Shown: positions 29,091 to 42,265, counted from the stretch's first letter. The stretch is DNA of 64,000 nucleotides from an uncultured Bacilli bacterium (GCA_963931305.1 OZ006994.1:218955-282954), one strand, 5' to 3'. A program made the numbers and translations. Notes: a model not told the origin generated them from the letters alone.

Positions 29091-30057
29091 ATGTGGCAGA
29101 TTGGTGATATAAAGATACAAAATCAAGTAGTACTTGCTCCTATGGCAGGAGTTTGTAATAGTGCTTATCGAAAAATTGTCAAAGAAATGGGTTGTGGTTT
29201 AATCTATGCGGAAATGGTCAGTGATAAGGCTATTACATATAAAAGTAAAAAGACCTTAGATATGTTATTTATGGAAGAAGTAGAAAGACCTATTACACAG
29301 CAAATTTTTGGAAGTGATAAAGAATCTTTTGTTACGGCTGCCAAGTATATTTATGAAACCATGAAACCAGATATTATTGATATTAATATGGGATGTCCTG
29401 TTCCTAAAGTTGCGGTAAAAGCGCAAGCTGGGAGTGCTTTGTTAAAATCCCCTGAAAAAGTAAAAGAGATTGTCAAAGCGGTTGTTGACAGTGTACCAGT
29501 TCCAGTGACAGTAAAAATACGTAGTGGATGGGATAGTGAACATATCAATGCGGTAGAGATTGCGAAAATATGTGAAGAAGCTGGTGCCAAAGCAATTGCG
29601 GTACATGGTAGAACAAGAAGTCAAGGATATTCTGGAACAGCTGATTGGAGTATTATTAAACAGGTAAAAGAAGCAGTTTCTATTCCAGTTATTGGAAATG
29701 GTGATATTAAAACTTGTTATGATGCTAAAAGAATGCTAGAAGAAACTGGCTGTGATGCAGTGATGATTGGCCGTGGTTGTCTTGGAAATCCTTGGTTGAT
29801 TAGAGATTGTGTCAATTATTTAGAACATGGGATCAAACCAATACCAGTTACATTAGAAGAACGTTTTTTGATGATTGAAAAACATATGAATTATTTACTG
29901 CAAATCAAACCGGAAAAAGTTGCAATCTTAGAACTTCGTACTCATGCAGCTTGGTATTTAAAGTATGTACCTCATAGTAATCAATTAAAACAGGCATTAT
30001 TTGGAGCAAAAACAAAAGAAGAAGTGTTAAAATTATTAAAAGAATTTAAAAAGGAGA

Positions 30058-30080
<23 letters not shown>
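29091..30080 (+). CDS. dusB: tRNA-dihydrouridine synthase
   Basis: [18 protein letters not shown]-binding TIM-barrel motifs (DINMGCP, HGRTR); start ATG 29091 after GAGGTGG. Confidence 0.85.
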
Positions 30081-32150
<2,070 letters not shown>

Positions 32151-32164
32151 AAAGAAGGAAAATT

Positions 32165-33343
32165 ATGAAAATATTATCAGTAAACTGTGGTAGTTCATCT
32201 TTAAAATTTCAAGCTTATGAAATGCCTGAAGAAAAAGTATTAATTCAAGGTACATTTGAACGTATTGGAATTGATGGTGGATTTTATACATTAAAATTAA
32301 ATGGGGAAAAGATAAAAAAAGAAGTAGATTTACCAAATCATGAAGTCGCTGTACAAATTTTAGTACAAGAATTATTAGATCGTCATATTGTAGAATCTCT
32401 AGATGAGATTAAAGGAATTGGACATCGTACTGTACATGGTGGAGATAAATTTAATTCAAGTGTTTTAATTAATGAAGAAGTAATGGAAAAATTACAAGAA
32501 TTAATTCCACTTGCACCTCTTCATAATCCAGCAGGAATTACAGGAATTCGTGCATTTGAGAAAATGATTCCAAATGCGAAAGCAGTTGCTGTATTTGATA
32601 CTGCTTTTCATCAAACAATGCCAAAAGAAAATTACTTATATTCTGTACCAATGGAATGGTATGAAAAGTATGGAGTACGTAAATATGGATTCCATGGAAC
32701 AAGTCATAAATTTGTATCACAACGTATGAATGAAATGTTAGGTAGAACAGATACAAAACTTATTACATGTCATATTGGTAGTGGAGGAAGTGTTAGTGCA
32801 GTATTAAATGGTAAATGTATTGATACTTCTATGGGATTTACACCAAATGCAGGAATTATGATGGGAACACGTTCTGGAGATATTGATTATTCAATGATTC
32901 CATATGTAATGGAAAAATCTGGTATGTCTTTACAAGAAGTAGATAATATCTTAAATAAACAAAGTGGTCTTTATGGTATTAGTAAAGGAAAAAGTGATGC
33001 AAGAGATATTGAAGATGGTATGGCAGCTGGAGATGAGTTGTGTAATCTTGCACAGAAAATGTATGTAAAACGTGTGGTTGAATATATCGCAAAATACTAT
33101 GTATTATTAGATGGATGTGATGCCATTGTATTTACTGCTGGACTTGGAGAAAACTCTAGTTTAACAAGAAAACAAATCATGGATTCTCTACATGCGCTTG
33201 GTGTAAAAGTAGATGAAAAAGAAAATGATATGCGTGGAGAAGAAAAGATGGTAAGTGCACCTGACTCTAGCATTCCATGTTATGTGATTCCAACTGATGA
33301 AGAAGTTATGATTGCTAGAGACACTTATGAATTGATTAAATAA
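32165..33343 (+). CDS. ackA: acetate kinase
   Basis: MKILSVNCGSSSLKFQ N-terminus, HLGSGGS-type motif (HIGSGGSVS), 392 aa. Confidence 0.95.
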   Translation: MKILSVNCGSSSLKFQAYEMPEEKVLIQGTFERIGIDGGFYTLKLNGEKIKKEVDLPNHEVAVQILVQELLDRHIVESLDEIKGIGHRTVHGGDKFNSSVLINEEVMEKLQELIPLAPLHNPAGITGIRAFEKMIPNAKAVAVFDTAFHQTMPKENYLYSVPMEWYEKYGVRKYGFHGTSHKFVSQRMNEMLGRTDTKLITCHIGSGGSVSAVLNGKCIDTSMGFTPNAGIMMGTRSGDIDYSMIPYVMEKSGMSLQEVDNILNKQSGLYGISKGKSDARDIEDGMAAGDELCNLAQKMYVKRVVEYIAKYYVLLDGCDAIVFTAGLGENSSLTRKQIMDSLHALGVKVDEKENDMRGEEKMVSAPDSSIPCYVIPTDEEVMIARDTYELIK

Positions 33344-33419
33344 AGGCTTGTAGATACAAGTCTTTTCTTGACACTAAAAATAATATCATTTAAAATGAGA
33401 GATAGAGAAGAGTGAAATT

Positions 33420-34388
33420 ATGTTTAAGAGGTCTATTTATCAAAAAATATATAAGAAAATTAAGAAGTATCATACAATTGTAATTGCTAGACATGTAGGA
33501 CCAGATCCAGATGCTTTAGGATCTTCTTTAGGTTTAAAACAAGCAATTTTAAATACATTTCCTAATAAGAATGTATATACAGTAGGATGTCCTGCTAGTA
33601 GATTTCGTTATTTAGGTACTTTGGATACTTTCTCTGAGGAAATGTATCAAGATAGTTTATTAATTGTATTAGATACTCCTGATGCGAAAAGAGTAGATGG
33701 TGTGAACCCTCATAAATTTCAAGATTCTATTAAAATTGATCATCATCCTTTTGTTGAGAAGTTTGGTAAGTTAGAATGGATTGATGAAGAATATAGTAGT
33801 GTATCAGAAATGATTATGGAATTAGTATTTTATTCTAAGCTACAAATGAGTTTAGAAGTGGCTTCAAAATTATATGTTGGATTGGTATCTGATACAGATC
33901 GTTTTATGTTTAAAACTTCAACTGCACGTACTTTTCAAAATGTTTCCAAGCTATTAAATGAAACAAATTTAGATATTACTAAAATATATCCTAATCTATA
34001 TACAAGACCACTAAAAGAAATACAATTCCAAGGTTATTTAGCACGACATATAACGGTTACAGAACATGGTTTTGGGTATGTAAAATTATCACAAGAAATA
34101 TTAGATGAAGAACATGTAGATGCTGCTACAGCTGGTAATTTAATTAATAATTTTAATTTTATTGATGAGATAGTTGCTTGGGGGTTTTTCTCATATGATA
34201 AAGCAACTGGACTGATTCGTGGTAGTCTTCGTTCTAGGGGACCTGTTATTAATGAAATAGCTCAGGAGTTTGGTGGTGGAGGACATGCGATGGCAAGTGG
34301 CTGTCGATTACATAGTTTTGAAGAAGTAGATGACATGGTAAGAAAATTAGATAAAGTATGTGAAGAATATCAAGAAGCTAGTAAATAG
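33420..34388 (+). CDS. nrnA: DHH-family oligoribonuclease/pAp phosphatase NrnA
   Basis: ARHVGPDPDALGS, DHH motif (KIDHHP), DHHA1 GGGH at the C-terminus. Confidence 0.8.
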   Translation: MFKRSIYQKIYKKIKKYHTIVIARHVGPDPDALGSSLGLKQAILNTFPNKNVYTVGCPASRFRYLGTLDTFSEEMYQDSLLIVLDTPDAKRVDGVNPHKFQDSIKIDHHPFVEKFGKLEWIDEEYSSVSEMIMELVFYSKLQMSLEVASKLYVGLVSDTDRFMFKTSTARTFQNVSKLLNETNLDITKIYPNLYTRPLKEIQFQGYLARHITVTEHGFGYVKLSQEILDEEHVDAATAGNLINNFNFIDEIVAWGFFSYDKATGLIRGSLRSRGPVINEIAQEFGGGGHAMASGCRLHSFEEVDDMVRKLDKVCEEYQEASK

Positions 34389-34470
34389 TTTCTTTTTTTA
34401 AATATTAGTAATAGTACTTGCAAATTCTTTCTAAATCCGTTATAATACCCTCTTAAGAAGAGGTGATATA

Positions 34471-34938
34471 ATGTCAGAAATGATTGAAATCAAAACACGT
34501 ATACGCTCAAATATCAAAAAAATGAATGAAAAAGAAATTAGTGATAGAATGGATATGCCAGTTATGCGTGAAAGTGCATTATCATATATGACTAAAATTA
34601 CACAACAACAATTACATGATTGTGGTTATTATTTTATAAAGTATTATGAAAAAGAACATGACAAAGGTAAGTCCGTATCTAAAATTCAATTAAAAGCATA
34701 TCATCCTGATACTATAACATATGGAGCCAATAAAAATAGTTATATCCCATATCCTGACGAATTTCTTTTAACAGAAATGGAAGCATATAAAGGTGAAAGA
34801 AACTATCATTTATATCAGAAAAAATTATTTAAGAGTGTAGCAACACAAATTTTGTATCAAGTATATTATGGTAATATTATTCCTGATGGATATACATATG
34901 ATAAATCAAAACAACGTATTAAGAAAATGGAAATTTAA
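34471..34938 (+). CDS. hypothetical protein
   Basis: 155-aa ORF, no recognisable motif. Confidence 0.35.
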   Translation: MSEMIEIKTRIRSNIKKMNEKEISDRMDMPVMRESALSYMTKITQQQLHDCGYYFIKYYEKEHDKGKSVSKIQLKAYHPDTITYGANKNSYIPYPDEFLLTEMEAYKGERNYHLYQKKLFKSVATQILYQVYYGNIIPDGYTYDKSKQRIKKMEI

Positions 34939-34939
34939 A

Positions 34940-34990
34940 AAACTAGGTTATGTTGATTATTTAGAATGTATCAACATGCCTAGTTTTTAT
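34940..34990. terminator. bidirectional terminator between convergent genes
   Basis: CTAGGTTATGTTGAT...ATCAACATGCCTAG imperfect inverted repeat flanked by A-run and T-run. Confidence 0.45.
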
Positions 34991-35846
34991 ATGCTGTTAT
35001 TTGAAAAGTATCTAAGTTTATAATTATCGTTTCATCTTCTGTAGAATATACTTTCGCATTTTTTTGAAATTGCTTTACTCTTTGTAAATAAGTAGATGTA
35101 TGGATAATATAGTCTTTTGTATTAGTAGTAATAGTTATAAATGGTGATAATTCTTTTAGTGTGTTATCTGTATTACAATTATCTAATCCATGATGTGCTG
35201 ATTTATAAATATCAACTTGTTTGATTTGTTTGGCTATCTCATAATTACAAAGTGTTAGATCTTTTTCCTCATTTTCGTAGTCAGTTAAATCACTAGCTAG
35301 ATATATTTTTTTATTTTGATATGTTAATAAAATCCCACAACTATTAAAATTCTCACTAATTTTATATTGATGATAATATGGGTGAGATATATTTTCAAAA
35401 ATATTTTTTAGCTTGTTATCAGTATTATATAATTGGAGTTTCATTTGCTTCCATTCTATTGTTTTTAGTGTACTTGTAATTTCTATGAGATTACTTTTTT
35501 CTTGTATTTTTTTACATAATTTCTGATAGTAATCCATTTCTGATTGGCGATAATTCTCATCTGAGATTTGTCCTGTTGCTGTTTTTCCATCTAAATTACT
35601 ATATGGTTTGATATATACAGTTTGGACATCAATTGTATCAATTAAAGCTTCTAAACTTCCATAATGATCACGATGAAAATGTGTAATAAGAATAAAGTTT
35701 AATGATGTAATACTCCTTTCTTTTAAATATTTTATGATTTCTTCTTTATCTTTTTCATAACCGGTATCTATGAGTGCATAGTTGTGATCTTGTTCTAATA
35801 AGATGATATCACTCCATACAGCTTTTAAAAAATGAATTCTTTTCAT
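34980..35846 (-). CDS. MBL-fold metallo-hydrolase
   Basis: HFHRDHYGSL (HxHxDH) motif and downstream His residues; 288 aa. Confidence 0.75.
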   Translation of the reverse strand: MKRIHFLKAVWSDIILLEQDHNYALIDTGYEKDKEEIIKYLKERSITSLNFILITHFHRDHYGSLEALIDTIDVQTVYIKPYSNLDGKTATGQISDENYRQSEMDYYQKLCKKIQEKSNLIEITSTLKTIEWKQMKLQLYNTDNKLKNIFENISHPYYHQYKISENFNSCGILLTYQNKKIYLASDLTDYENEEKDLTLCNYEIAKQIKQVDIYKSAHHGLDNCNTDNTLKELSPFITITTNTKDYIIHTSTYLQRVKQFQKNAKVYSTEDETIIINLDTFQITAYKN

Positions 35847-35991
35847 ATTTTTATTCTAACATGTTTTTTTCACTAACAATTATTTTTATTTTCATATTTA
35901 CTTTTTATTGACAATATGTGAATCGTGAATTGATGCTTTTTCTTTTATAAAAAACATGTTATAATGATATATGAATGATAGGAGAGATGCT

Positions 35992-37096
35992 ATGGAAATT
36001 TATGAGATTACAAATAACTATCAAGATTTTAAAAAAAGAATATTAGATTTATGGAGGTCACTTTGAAGTAAATCATACATCTGATAAAATAAAAGAATTA
36101 GAAGAAAAAACAACTGACCCCAATTTTTGGGATGATCGAAAAAAAAGTCAAGCTGTTTTTGATGAGTTAAATACATTAAAGAAAAGTGTAGAAATGGTAT
36201 CTCAATTAAAAAAAGAGATAGAAGATAATATAGAGATGATTCAATTGTTAAAAGATAATCCAGATTTAGAATTACAAGAAATGTTATCTATTTCTGTATT
36301 AGATGTAAAAGAACGTTTAGAATCATTAGAGATTACTTTATTGTTAGATGGAAAATACGATAACTTAGGAGCTATTTTAGAAATTCATTCTGGTGCCGGT
36401 GGTACAGAAGCTTGTGATTGGGCTAATATGCTTTATCGTATGTATACGAGATGGTGTGAACAACATGGTTTTAAAATAGAAGAAGTAGATTTAGAACATG
36501 GTGATGAAGCGGGAATTAAAAGTGTGACTGTTTTGATTACTGGTATGAATGTCTATGGATATTTAAAGAGTGAAAGAGGTGTTCATCGTTTGGTTCGTAT
36601 TTCTCCTTTTGATTCTAATAGTAGAAGACATACATCATTCGCATCTGTTGAAGTAACCCCTTTATTTCATGGCAATGATGTCGATATTGAAATCAAAGAT
36701 TCTGATTTAAAAATTGATGTATATCGTTCTAGTGGAGCAGGTGGACAACATGTTAATAAAACAGAGAGTGCAGTTAGAATTACACATATTCCAACAGGAA
36801 TCGTTGTTACTTGTCAAAATGAGAGAAGTCAAATTCAAAATAGAGAACGTGCTATGGAAGTATTAAAGAATAAATTATATCAATTAGAATTACAAAAAAG
36901 AGAAGAAAAACTACAAGAGATGAAAGGTGATATGAAAAAGATTGATTTTGGTAGTCAAATTAGAAGTTATGTCATGCATCCTTATAGTTTAGTAAAAGAT
37001 CATCGTACGAATGCTGAAAACACAAATGTACAAGATGTATTAGATGGAAATATTGATTTATTTATCAATACTTATTTAAAAAGGAGGAAAGGGTAA
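35992..37096 (+). CDS. prfB: peptide chain release factor 2, with programmed +1 ribosomal frameshift
   Basis: Frame-0 ORF ATG 35992 ends CTT TGA at 36061-36066 with a GGAGG SD-like 3 nt upstream; +1 frame from 36065 continues ...EVNHTSDKIKELEEKTTDPNFWDD... into the 36194 ORF carrying SPF and GGQ motifs. Confidence 0.85.
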
Positions 37097-37977
37097 TGTT
37101 CTTTCAAAAGAAAAAATTATTTGATGAAAATATTATAAAAAATATTTATAAAAAAGATCGTGTTGTAAGATATTTTCAGTTTTTTGTTGGAGCATTGTTA
37201 GTTGCACTTTCTTTTAATTTATTTATTTTACCAAATAAAATTGTGTATGGAATGAGTGGTGTCGGTGTTATTTTAAATGCCATATTTGGTTTAGATCCTT
37301 CCATGGTTATTTTAACTGGTTCTTTGATTTTATTAGTTATGAGTTATTTTATGCTAGGGAAAGAAAAAACTATGAATTCTATTTTAGGATCAATTGTGGT
37401 TCCTATTTTAATGAAAGTTACTGAGTTTGTCCCACAATATATTCAAATTGATACAACAGACCCATTGTTATTAACTTTGTTTGGAGCAACCATTACTGGT
37501 TTTGGAATGGGACTTGTTTTTAAAGCAGGATATACAACGGGTGGAACTGATATATTAAATCAGATTGTATCAAAGTATTTTCATATGTCACTTGGAAATG
37601 CGATGTATTGTACGGATGGATTAATTGTTGCAAGTTCTTTCTTCTTCTTTGGAGCATCCAAATTACTTTACTCTATTATGTCTTTATATATTATTAGTAT
37701 TATGACTGATAAAGTAATTCTTGGTATTTCTAGTTCTAAGGCGTTTTATATTATTACAGATCATGAAACAGCCGTTAAAAAGTTTATTATGGAACATTTA
37801 TCTCATGGAGTTACAGTTTTAGATGGTAGAGGAGGATTTACTGGAAATCATCAGAAAGTAATTATGTGTATTATTCCTACCAAAGAATATTTTATTGCGA
37901 AAGAAGGTATTCGTGAAATAGATAATAATGCTTTTTTCCTTGTTACCGATGCATATGAAGTAAATGGGGGAGAATAG
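37096..37977 (+). CDS. YitT-family (DUF161/DUF2179) membrane protein
   Basis: Multiple TM helices, C-terminal DUF2179-like VLDGRGGFTGNHQKVIMCIIPTKE. Confidence 0.7.
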   Translation: MFFQKKKLFDENIIKNIYKKDRVVRYFQFFVGALLVALSFNLFILPNKIVYGMSGVGVILNAIFGLDPSMVILTGSLILLVMSYFMLGKEKTMNSILGSIVVPILMKVTEFVPQYIQIDTTDPLLLTLFGATITGFGMGLVFKAGYTTGGTDILNQIVSKYFHMSLGNAMYCTDGLIVASSFFFFGASKLLYSIMSLYIISIMTDKVILGISSSKAFYIITDHETAVKKFIMEHLSHGVTVLDGRGGFTGNHQKVIMCIIPTKEYFIAKEGIREIDNNAFFLVTDAYEVNGGE

Positions 37978-38033
37978 AAAATATTGGAAGTGAAATTATA
38001 ATGAAAAGATAGTATAATGAAAGATAGGTGGTT

Positions 38034-38732
38034 ATGATGGATTTAATACGTATGAAGAATGTAAAAAAGAAGTATCGTAATGGTGTCACAGCAATTTATG
38101 ATTTAAATTTGAAGATAAAAAAAGGTGATTTTGTCTTTGTCATCGGTTCTACTGGATGTGGAAAATCGACATTAATTAAGATGCTTTATCGTGAAGAAAA
38201 ACCAACGAGTGGGCAAATTATTGTTGGTGGTTTAGATGTAGGAAAATTAAGAAATAGTAAAGTTTATAAATTACGTCGTAAGTTAGGGGTTGTATTTCAA
38301 GACTTTAAATTATTACCAAAGAAAACTGTATATGAAAATGTAGCATTCTCATTAGAAATATTTGGTTTACCAAAAGATGAGATATATTCTAAAGTAGTGA
38401 AAGTACTGGATCTTGTTGGATTAAAAAACAAAGCAAAGAATTATCCAAATCAATTATCAGGTGGAGAACAACAACGTGTCGCAATTGCAAGAGCAATTGT
38501 GAATGGTCCTAAACTTTTAATTTGTGATGAACCAACTGGTAACTTAGATGAAGTTACAAGTATGGAAATTATGAATGTCTTAGAAGCAATTAATAAAATG
38601 GGTACAACGATTATTATGGTAACGCATGATACAGAAATCGTAAATAAGATGAAAAAAAGAGTTATTTTATTAGACGCTGGTCGTGTTTTAAAAGACTACA
38701 AGGAGGGAACATATACACATGAAAACATTTAG
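38034..38732 (+). CDS. ftsE: cell division ATP-binding protein FtsE
   Basis: Walker A GSTGCGKST, signature LSGGEQQRVAIARA, Walker B LICDEPTGNLD; followed by ftsX. Confidence 0.85.
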   Translation: MMDLIRMKNVKKKYRNGVTAIYDLNLKIKKGDFVFVIGSTGCGKSTLIKMLYREEKPTSGQIIVGGLDVGKLRNSKVYKLRRKLGVVFQDFKLLPKKTVYENVAFSLEIFGLPKDEIYSKVVKVLDLVGLKNKAKNYPNQLSGGEQQRVAIARAIVNGPKLLICDEPTGNLDEVTSMEIMNVLEAINKMGTTIIMVTHDTEIVNKMKKRVILLDAGRVLKDYKEGTYTHENI

Positions 38733-39618
38733 AATATTAAGTAGAAATATTAGAGATTCATTTCAAAGTGTATTTCGTAATTTCTCTTTGTCACTTGCTA
38801 GTATTTCTTGTATTACCATTACACTATTAGTTGTATCAATTTCTATGATTTTATCTGTAAATGTTAATAACTTTGCTACGCTTGTAGAAAAAGATGTAAC
38901 AATTGTGACATTTTTAGATGCTGATATCACTGCTGAAAAAATTAAAGTAGTAGAACAGGAAATTAAAAGATTAGGTAATATTGAAAGTATTTCTTTTCAA
39001 TCTAAAGGTGAAATTACAGAAGATATGAAAAGTTCTTCTGATACATTTAAAGCGATTATGGATCAATGGAGTGATGAAGAAAATCCACTTCAGGATACAT
39101 ATTTAGTAAAAGTAGAAGACATTAACAAAATTGCTAGTACAGCAAAAAAAATTAAAGCAATTGATGGTGTTGATGTCATTAAATACGGAGAAGGAATGGT
39201 AGAACAGTTAGTTGCTGTATTTGACGTAGTTCGCAAAATTTGTCTAGGTATGGTAGTTGCTTTAATTATTGTAACGGCCTTCTTAATTTCTAATACCATT
39301 AAAATTACAATTTTCTCACGTAAACGTGAAATTGAAATTATGCGTCTTGTTGGAGCAAGTAATTTAAATATTAAAATACCATTTATATTTGAAGGATTAT
39401 TCCTTGGAGTGATTGGTTCAATTATTCCAATTATCGCAACAATATATGGTTATACAGTATTATTTGATAACTTTAATGGTCAGTTATTCTCACCATTTAT
39501 TAAATTAGTAGAGCCACAACCATTTATTTTCTTACTATCAGGTATTTTAGTTATCATTGGTATTTTAGTAGGTATGTTTGGTAGTTGGCGTGCAGTTAGA
39601 AAGTATTTAAAAATTTAG
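38719..39618 (+). CDS. ftsX: cell division permease-like protein FtsX
   Basis: 1 TM + extracellular domain + 3 C-terminal TM helices; overlaps the ftsE stop. Confidence 0.85.
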   Translation: MKTFRILSRNIRDSFQSVFRNFSLSLASISCITITLLVVSISMILSVNVNNFATLVEKDVTIVTFLDADITAEKIKVVEQEIKRLGNIESISFQSKGEITEDMKSSSDTFKAIMDQWSDEENPLQDTYLVKVEDINKIASTAKKIKAIDGVDVIKYGEGMVEQLVAVFDVVRKICLGMVVALIIVTAFLISNTIKITIFSRKREIEIMRLVGASNLNIKIPFIFEGLFLGVIGSIIPIIATIYGYTVLFDNFNGQLFSPFIKLVEPQPFIFLLSGILVIIGILVGMFGSWRAVRKYLKI

Positions 39619-39642
39619 AAGCTTCGGCTTCTTTTTTGTTCT
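39617..39642 (+). terminator. rho-independent terminator after ftsX
   Basis: GAAGC-TTCG-GCTTC hairpin followed by a T-run. Confidence 0.5.
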
Positions 39643-39682
39643 AAAAATATGTTTATAACATATTCTGAAATGGGGGTATGTT

Positions 39683-40471
39683 ATGGAACTTTCAGTAAAT
39701 GATTTAGTAACTCGTATTTCCTATCATCACGATATGGTGTTTCGCATTATTAGAATTACGGAGGATGGAAATTATATTTTAAAAGGGGTTAATATTCGTC
39801 TGATTGCCGATAGTCCAAAAGAAGATTTAGTATTATATGATAGGGAAGAAGATATTGAAGAAGAAAGAAAGTTTTTAGATCGTATCAAACCAGAATTTCA
39901 TTTAAATCGTAATGATTATTTTTATTTACCGGGTAAAATATTGCACATAGATGCAGATCAAGATTACTTACAAAGATGTTTAGACTATTATCATGATGCA
40001 TCTTTAAAAGTGGTAGGAGTACATATGGATGAGGAAGAAGTAGCAAGTAAAATTAGAGAATTGTTAGAAGAGACAAATCCTAGTATTGTAATTATTACAG
40101 GACATGATGCTTATTATAAAAGAAAAGGAAAAAAGAATGAGGTTAATTCTTATAAGAATAGTAAATATTTTGTAGAAGCAGTAAAAGAAGCAAGAAAGTA
40201 TGAGAAAAGTCATGATAAGTTAGTAATTATTGCCGGTGCTTGTCAATCTGATTATGAGGATTTAATTCAAGCTGGAGCTAATTTCGCATCTAGTCCTAAA
40301 AGAGTGAATATTCATGCTTTAGATCCAGCAATTATTGCAACTAGAATTAGTTTAACAGAATCTAGTGAAGATATTGATTTAAAAGGTATATTAGAAAAAA
40401 CAAAATATGGTTCTTCGGGGATAGGGGGAATTAAAACAAAAGGTACCATGTACTTAGGATATCCTAGATAG
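39683..40471 (+). CDS. yabG: sporulation-specific protease YabG
   Basis: N-terminus DLVTRISYHHDMVFRIIRI...IRLIADS matches B. subtilis YabG; conserved yabG-veg synteny. Confidence 0.8.
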   Translation: MELSVNDLVTRISYHHDMVFRIIRITEDGNYILKGVNIRLIADSPKEDLVLYDREEDIEEERKFLDRIKPEFHLNRNDYFYLPGKILHIDADQDYLQRCLDYYHDASLKVVGVHMDEEEVASKIRELLEETNPSIVIITGHDAYYKRKGKKNEVNSYKNSKYFVEAVKEARKYEKSHDKLVIIAGACQSDYEDLIQAGANFASSPKRVNIHALDPAIIATRISLTESSEDIDLKGILEKTKYGSSGIGGIKTKGTMYLGYPR

Positions 40472-40479
40472 GAGATAAC

Positions 40480-40698
40480 ATGATTGGAAAAGTAAAAGAG
40501 GAGTTAGAAAAACATATTGGAGAAGAAGTGTTTATTCAATATCATTTAGGAAGGAATAAGTATGAATCATATCAATGTGTGATTCGAGAATTATATAATA
40601 ATGTATTTTTAGTAGAGGTGAAGGAAAATGAAGGATTACCAGTCAAATCTTTTTCTTATACAGACATTATTACAAAAAATATTCGAATGCATTTTTAA
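40480..40698 (+). CDS. veg: Veg protein (DUF1021)
   Basis: 72 aa; IKEELEKHIGEEV...NVFLVEV...SFSYTDIITKNI resembles B. subtilis Veg. Confidence 0.8.
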   Translation: MIGKVKEELEKHIGEEVFIQYHLGRNKYESYQCVIRELYNNVFLVEVKENEGLPVKSFSYTDIITKNIRMHF

Positions 40699-40766
40699 AC
40701 TTGCAAAAAGAAAATCTTTAGTATATAATGTAAGTGTATCATAGTATACCGAAGGGAGAGATTTAC

Positions 40767-41099
40767 GTGGAAGTAACATCTGTTAGAGTAAAACTTGCTC
40801 ATAACAAAAATGGAAAGGTTAATCCAAAAGCATTTGTAACGATCGTGATTGATAATTGGTTAGCAATTCGCGATATGAGAATCATTCAAGGAAAAGAAAG
40901 ACTATTTGTAGCTATGCCTAATCGTAAAAAAGGTGGAGATGTAAAAGTAGCTACAGAAGAAGTTACTACAGCACCAGAAACTGTAGAGGAAGAAAGATTA
41001 GACATTGTATATCCAATCAATAAAGAAGGAAGAAAAATGATTGAAGATGCAGTGTTAGCTGAATATGAAAAAGTATTAGAAGAAGATCCTGAAGAATAG
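40767..41099 (+). CDS. spoVG: septation protein SpoVG
   Basis: (M)EVTSVRVKL...IRDMRIIQGKERLFVAMPNRK matches SpoVG (MEVTDVRLRR...IRVIDGNNGLFVAMPSKR); GTG start 40767 after AAGGGAGAG RBS; terminator hairpin GATCCT...AGGATC plus a T-run at the 3' end. Confidence 0.85.
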   Translation: MEVTSVRVKLAHNKNGKVNPKAFVTIVIDNWLAIRDMRIIQGKERLFVAMPNRKKGGDVKVATEEVTTAPETVEEERLDIVYPINKEGRKMIEDAVLAEYEKVLEEDPEE

Positions 41100-41158
41100 G
41101 ATCTTTTTTTTGGTATATTTATATGCGTTGTTCATATATTTTAACAGGAGGAAGAAAT

Positions 41159-41458
41159 ATGGACAAGGATCATTCAAATGTCATAGGAACTGTAGTAGGA
41201 AATCATAATGTCACAATTAGTGATAGAAAAACATTAATGATTACTGGAGTAAAAAAGATAGAAAGTTTTGATAATGAGGAATTTTTAATGGAAACAACCA
41301 TGGGATATATTATGTTAAAAGGAGAAGGATTAGAAATTGTTAAATTAGATACTTATCAAGGAAATGTCTCTATTAAAGGAAAAGTAAATAGTTTAAGTTA
41401 TATGGATACTGCCAAAAAGGAAAAAGAAGATAGTATGTTTAGTAAATTGTTTAAATAA
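41159..41458 (+). CDS. yabP: sporulation protein YabP
   Basis: ITGVKKIESFDNEEFLMETTMGYIMLKGEGLEI matches YabP (ITGVKRVESFDSEEFLLETDLGFLNIRGENL). Confidence 0.8.
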   Translation: MDKDHSNVIGTVVGNHNVTISDRKTLMITGVKKIESFDNEEFLMETTMGYIMLKGEGLEIVKLDTYQGNVSIKGKVNSLSYMDTAKKEKEDSMFSKLFK

Positions 41459-41760
41459 TGAATTTAAAAGTACAAATCATTACTTTAGTATTTTCTTTTT
41501 TATATGGCTCTTTTTTTTCCTTTTTATTAACAATTCAATATCGTTTTATATATGCAAAAGAGAAATGGTTTCAATACTGTTTTACTATTCTTTTTGTTCT
41601 TGTTATGACTTTTCTTTATTTTTTAATATTGCGAAAGATTAACTACGGAATTCTTCATCCATATGCATTTCTTAGTATGATTGTAGGTTATTCAATAGAA
41701 CATCTACTTCATTTACATTTATTGACTTCTAAGCATATTGTCAAGAAAAAAGAAACATGA
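41458..41760 (+). CDS. yabQ: spore cortex protein YabQ-like membrane protein
   Basis: 100 aa, 3 TM helices, position between yabP and divIC as in Bacillus. Confidence 0.55.
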   Translation: MNLKVQIITLVFSFLYGSFFSFLLTIQYRFIYAKEKWFQYCFTILFVLVMTFLYFLILRKINYGILHPYAFLSMIVGYSIEHLLHLHLLTSKHIVKKKET

Positions 41761-41787
41761 TACACTATAAAATGGTAGGTGGTAAAG

Positions 41788-42207
41788 ATGGCAAAGAAGA
41801 GAAAAGTCAGTAAAAGTGCGAAAAAAAGACTTTTATTATTTGGAACACTTTCTTTTGCTGTGATTATTTATTTCTTTATTACACTTACTACTTATACATT
41901 AAATATTATTGATTTAAATCATGAAAAGAAAGAATTAAAAAAACAATTACTTGTGTTAAAAGAAGATGAAGAAAATTTAAATATTGAATTAAAAAAATTA
42001 CAAGATCCTGATTATATTGCCCGTTTTGCAAGAGAGAATTATTTATATTCTAAAAATGGAGAATATATTATTAAAATACAAGATAATAAAAAAGAAACCA
42101 AAAAGACAAGTATTAATCATGAGGAAAGTATTCGTTATATTGTAATTGGGGTTGGATCCTTTTTAACAGTTCTAGGTATATATGTACTACGTCATATGAC
42201 AAAATAA
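41788..42207 (+). CDS. divIC: septum formation initiator (DivIC/FtsB family)
   Basis: Basic N-terminus, TM helix, coiled coil, DPDYIARFAREN-type FtsB/DivIC motif; ATG 41788 after AGGTGG RBS. Confidence 0.7.
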   Translation: MAKKRKVSKSAKKRLLLFGTLSFAVIIYFFITLTTYTLNIIDLNHEKKELKKQLLVLKEDEENLNIELKKLQDPDYIARFARENYLYSKNGEYIIKIQDNKKETKKTSINHEESIRYIVIGVGSFLTVLGIYVLRHMTK

Positions 42208-42265
42208 ATCCACATTGTGATGGATTTATTTTTGTGTTATATTAATATTAGAAAGTAGGGATAGG

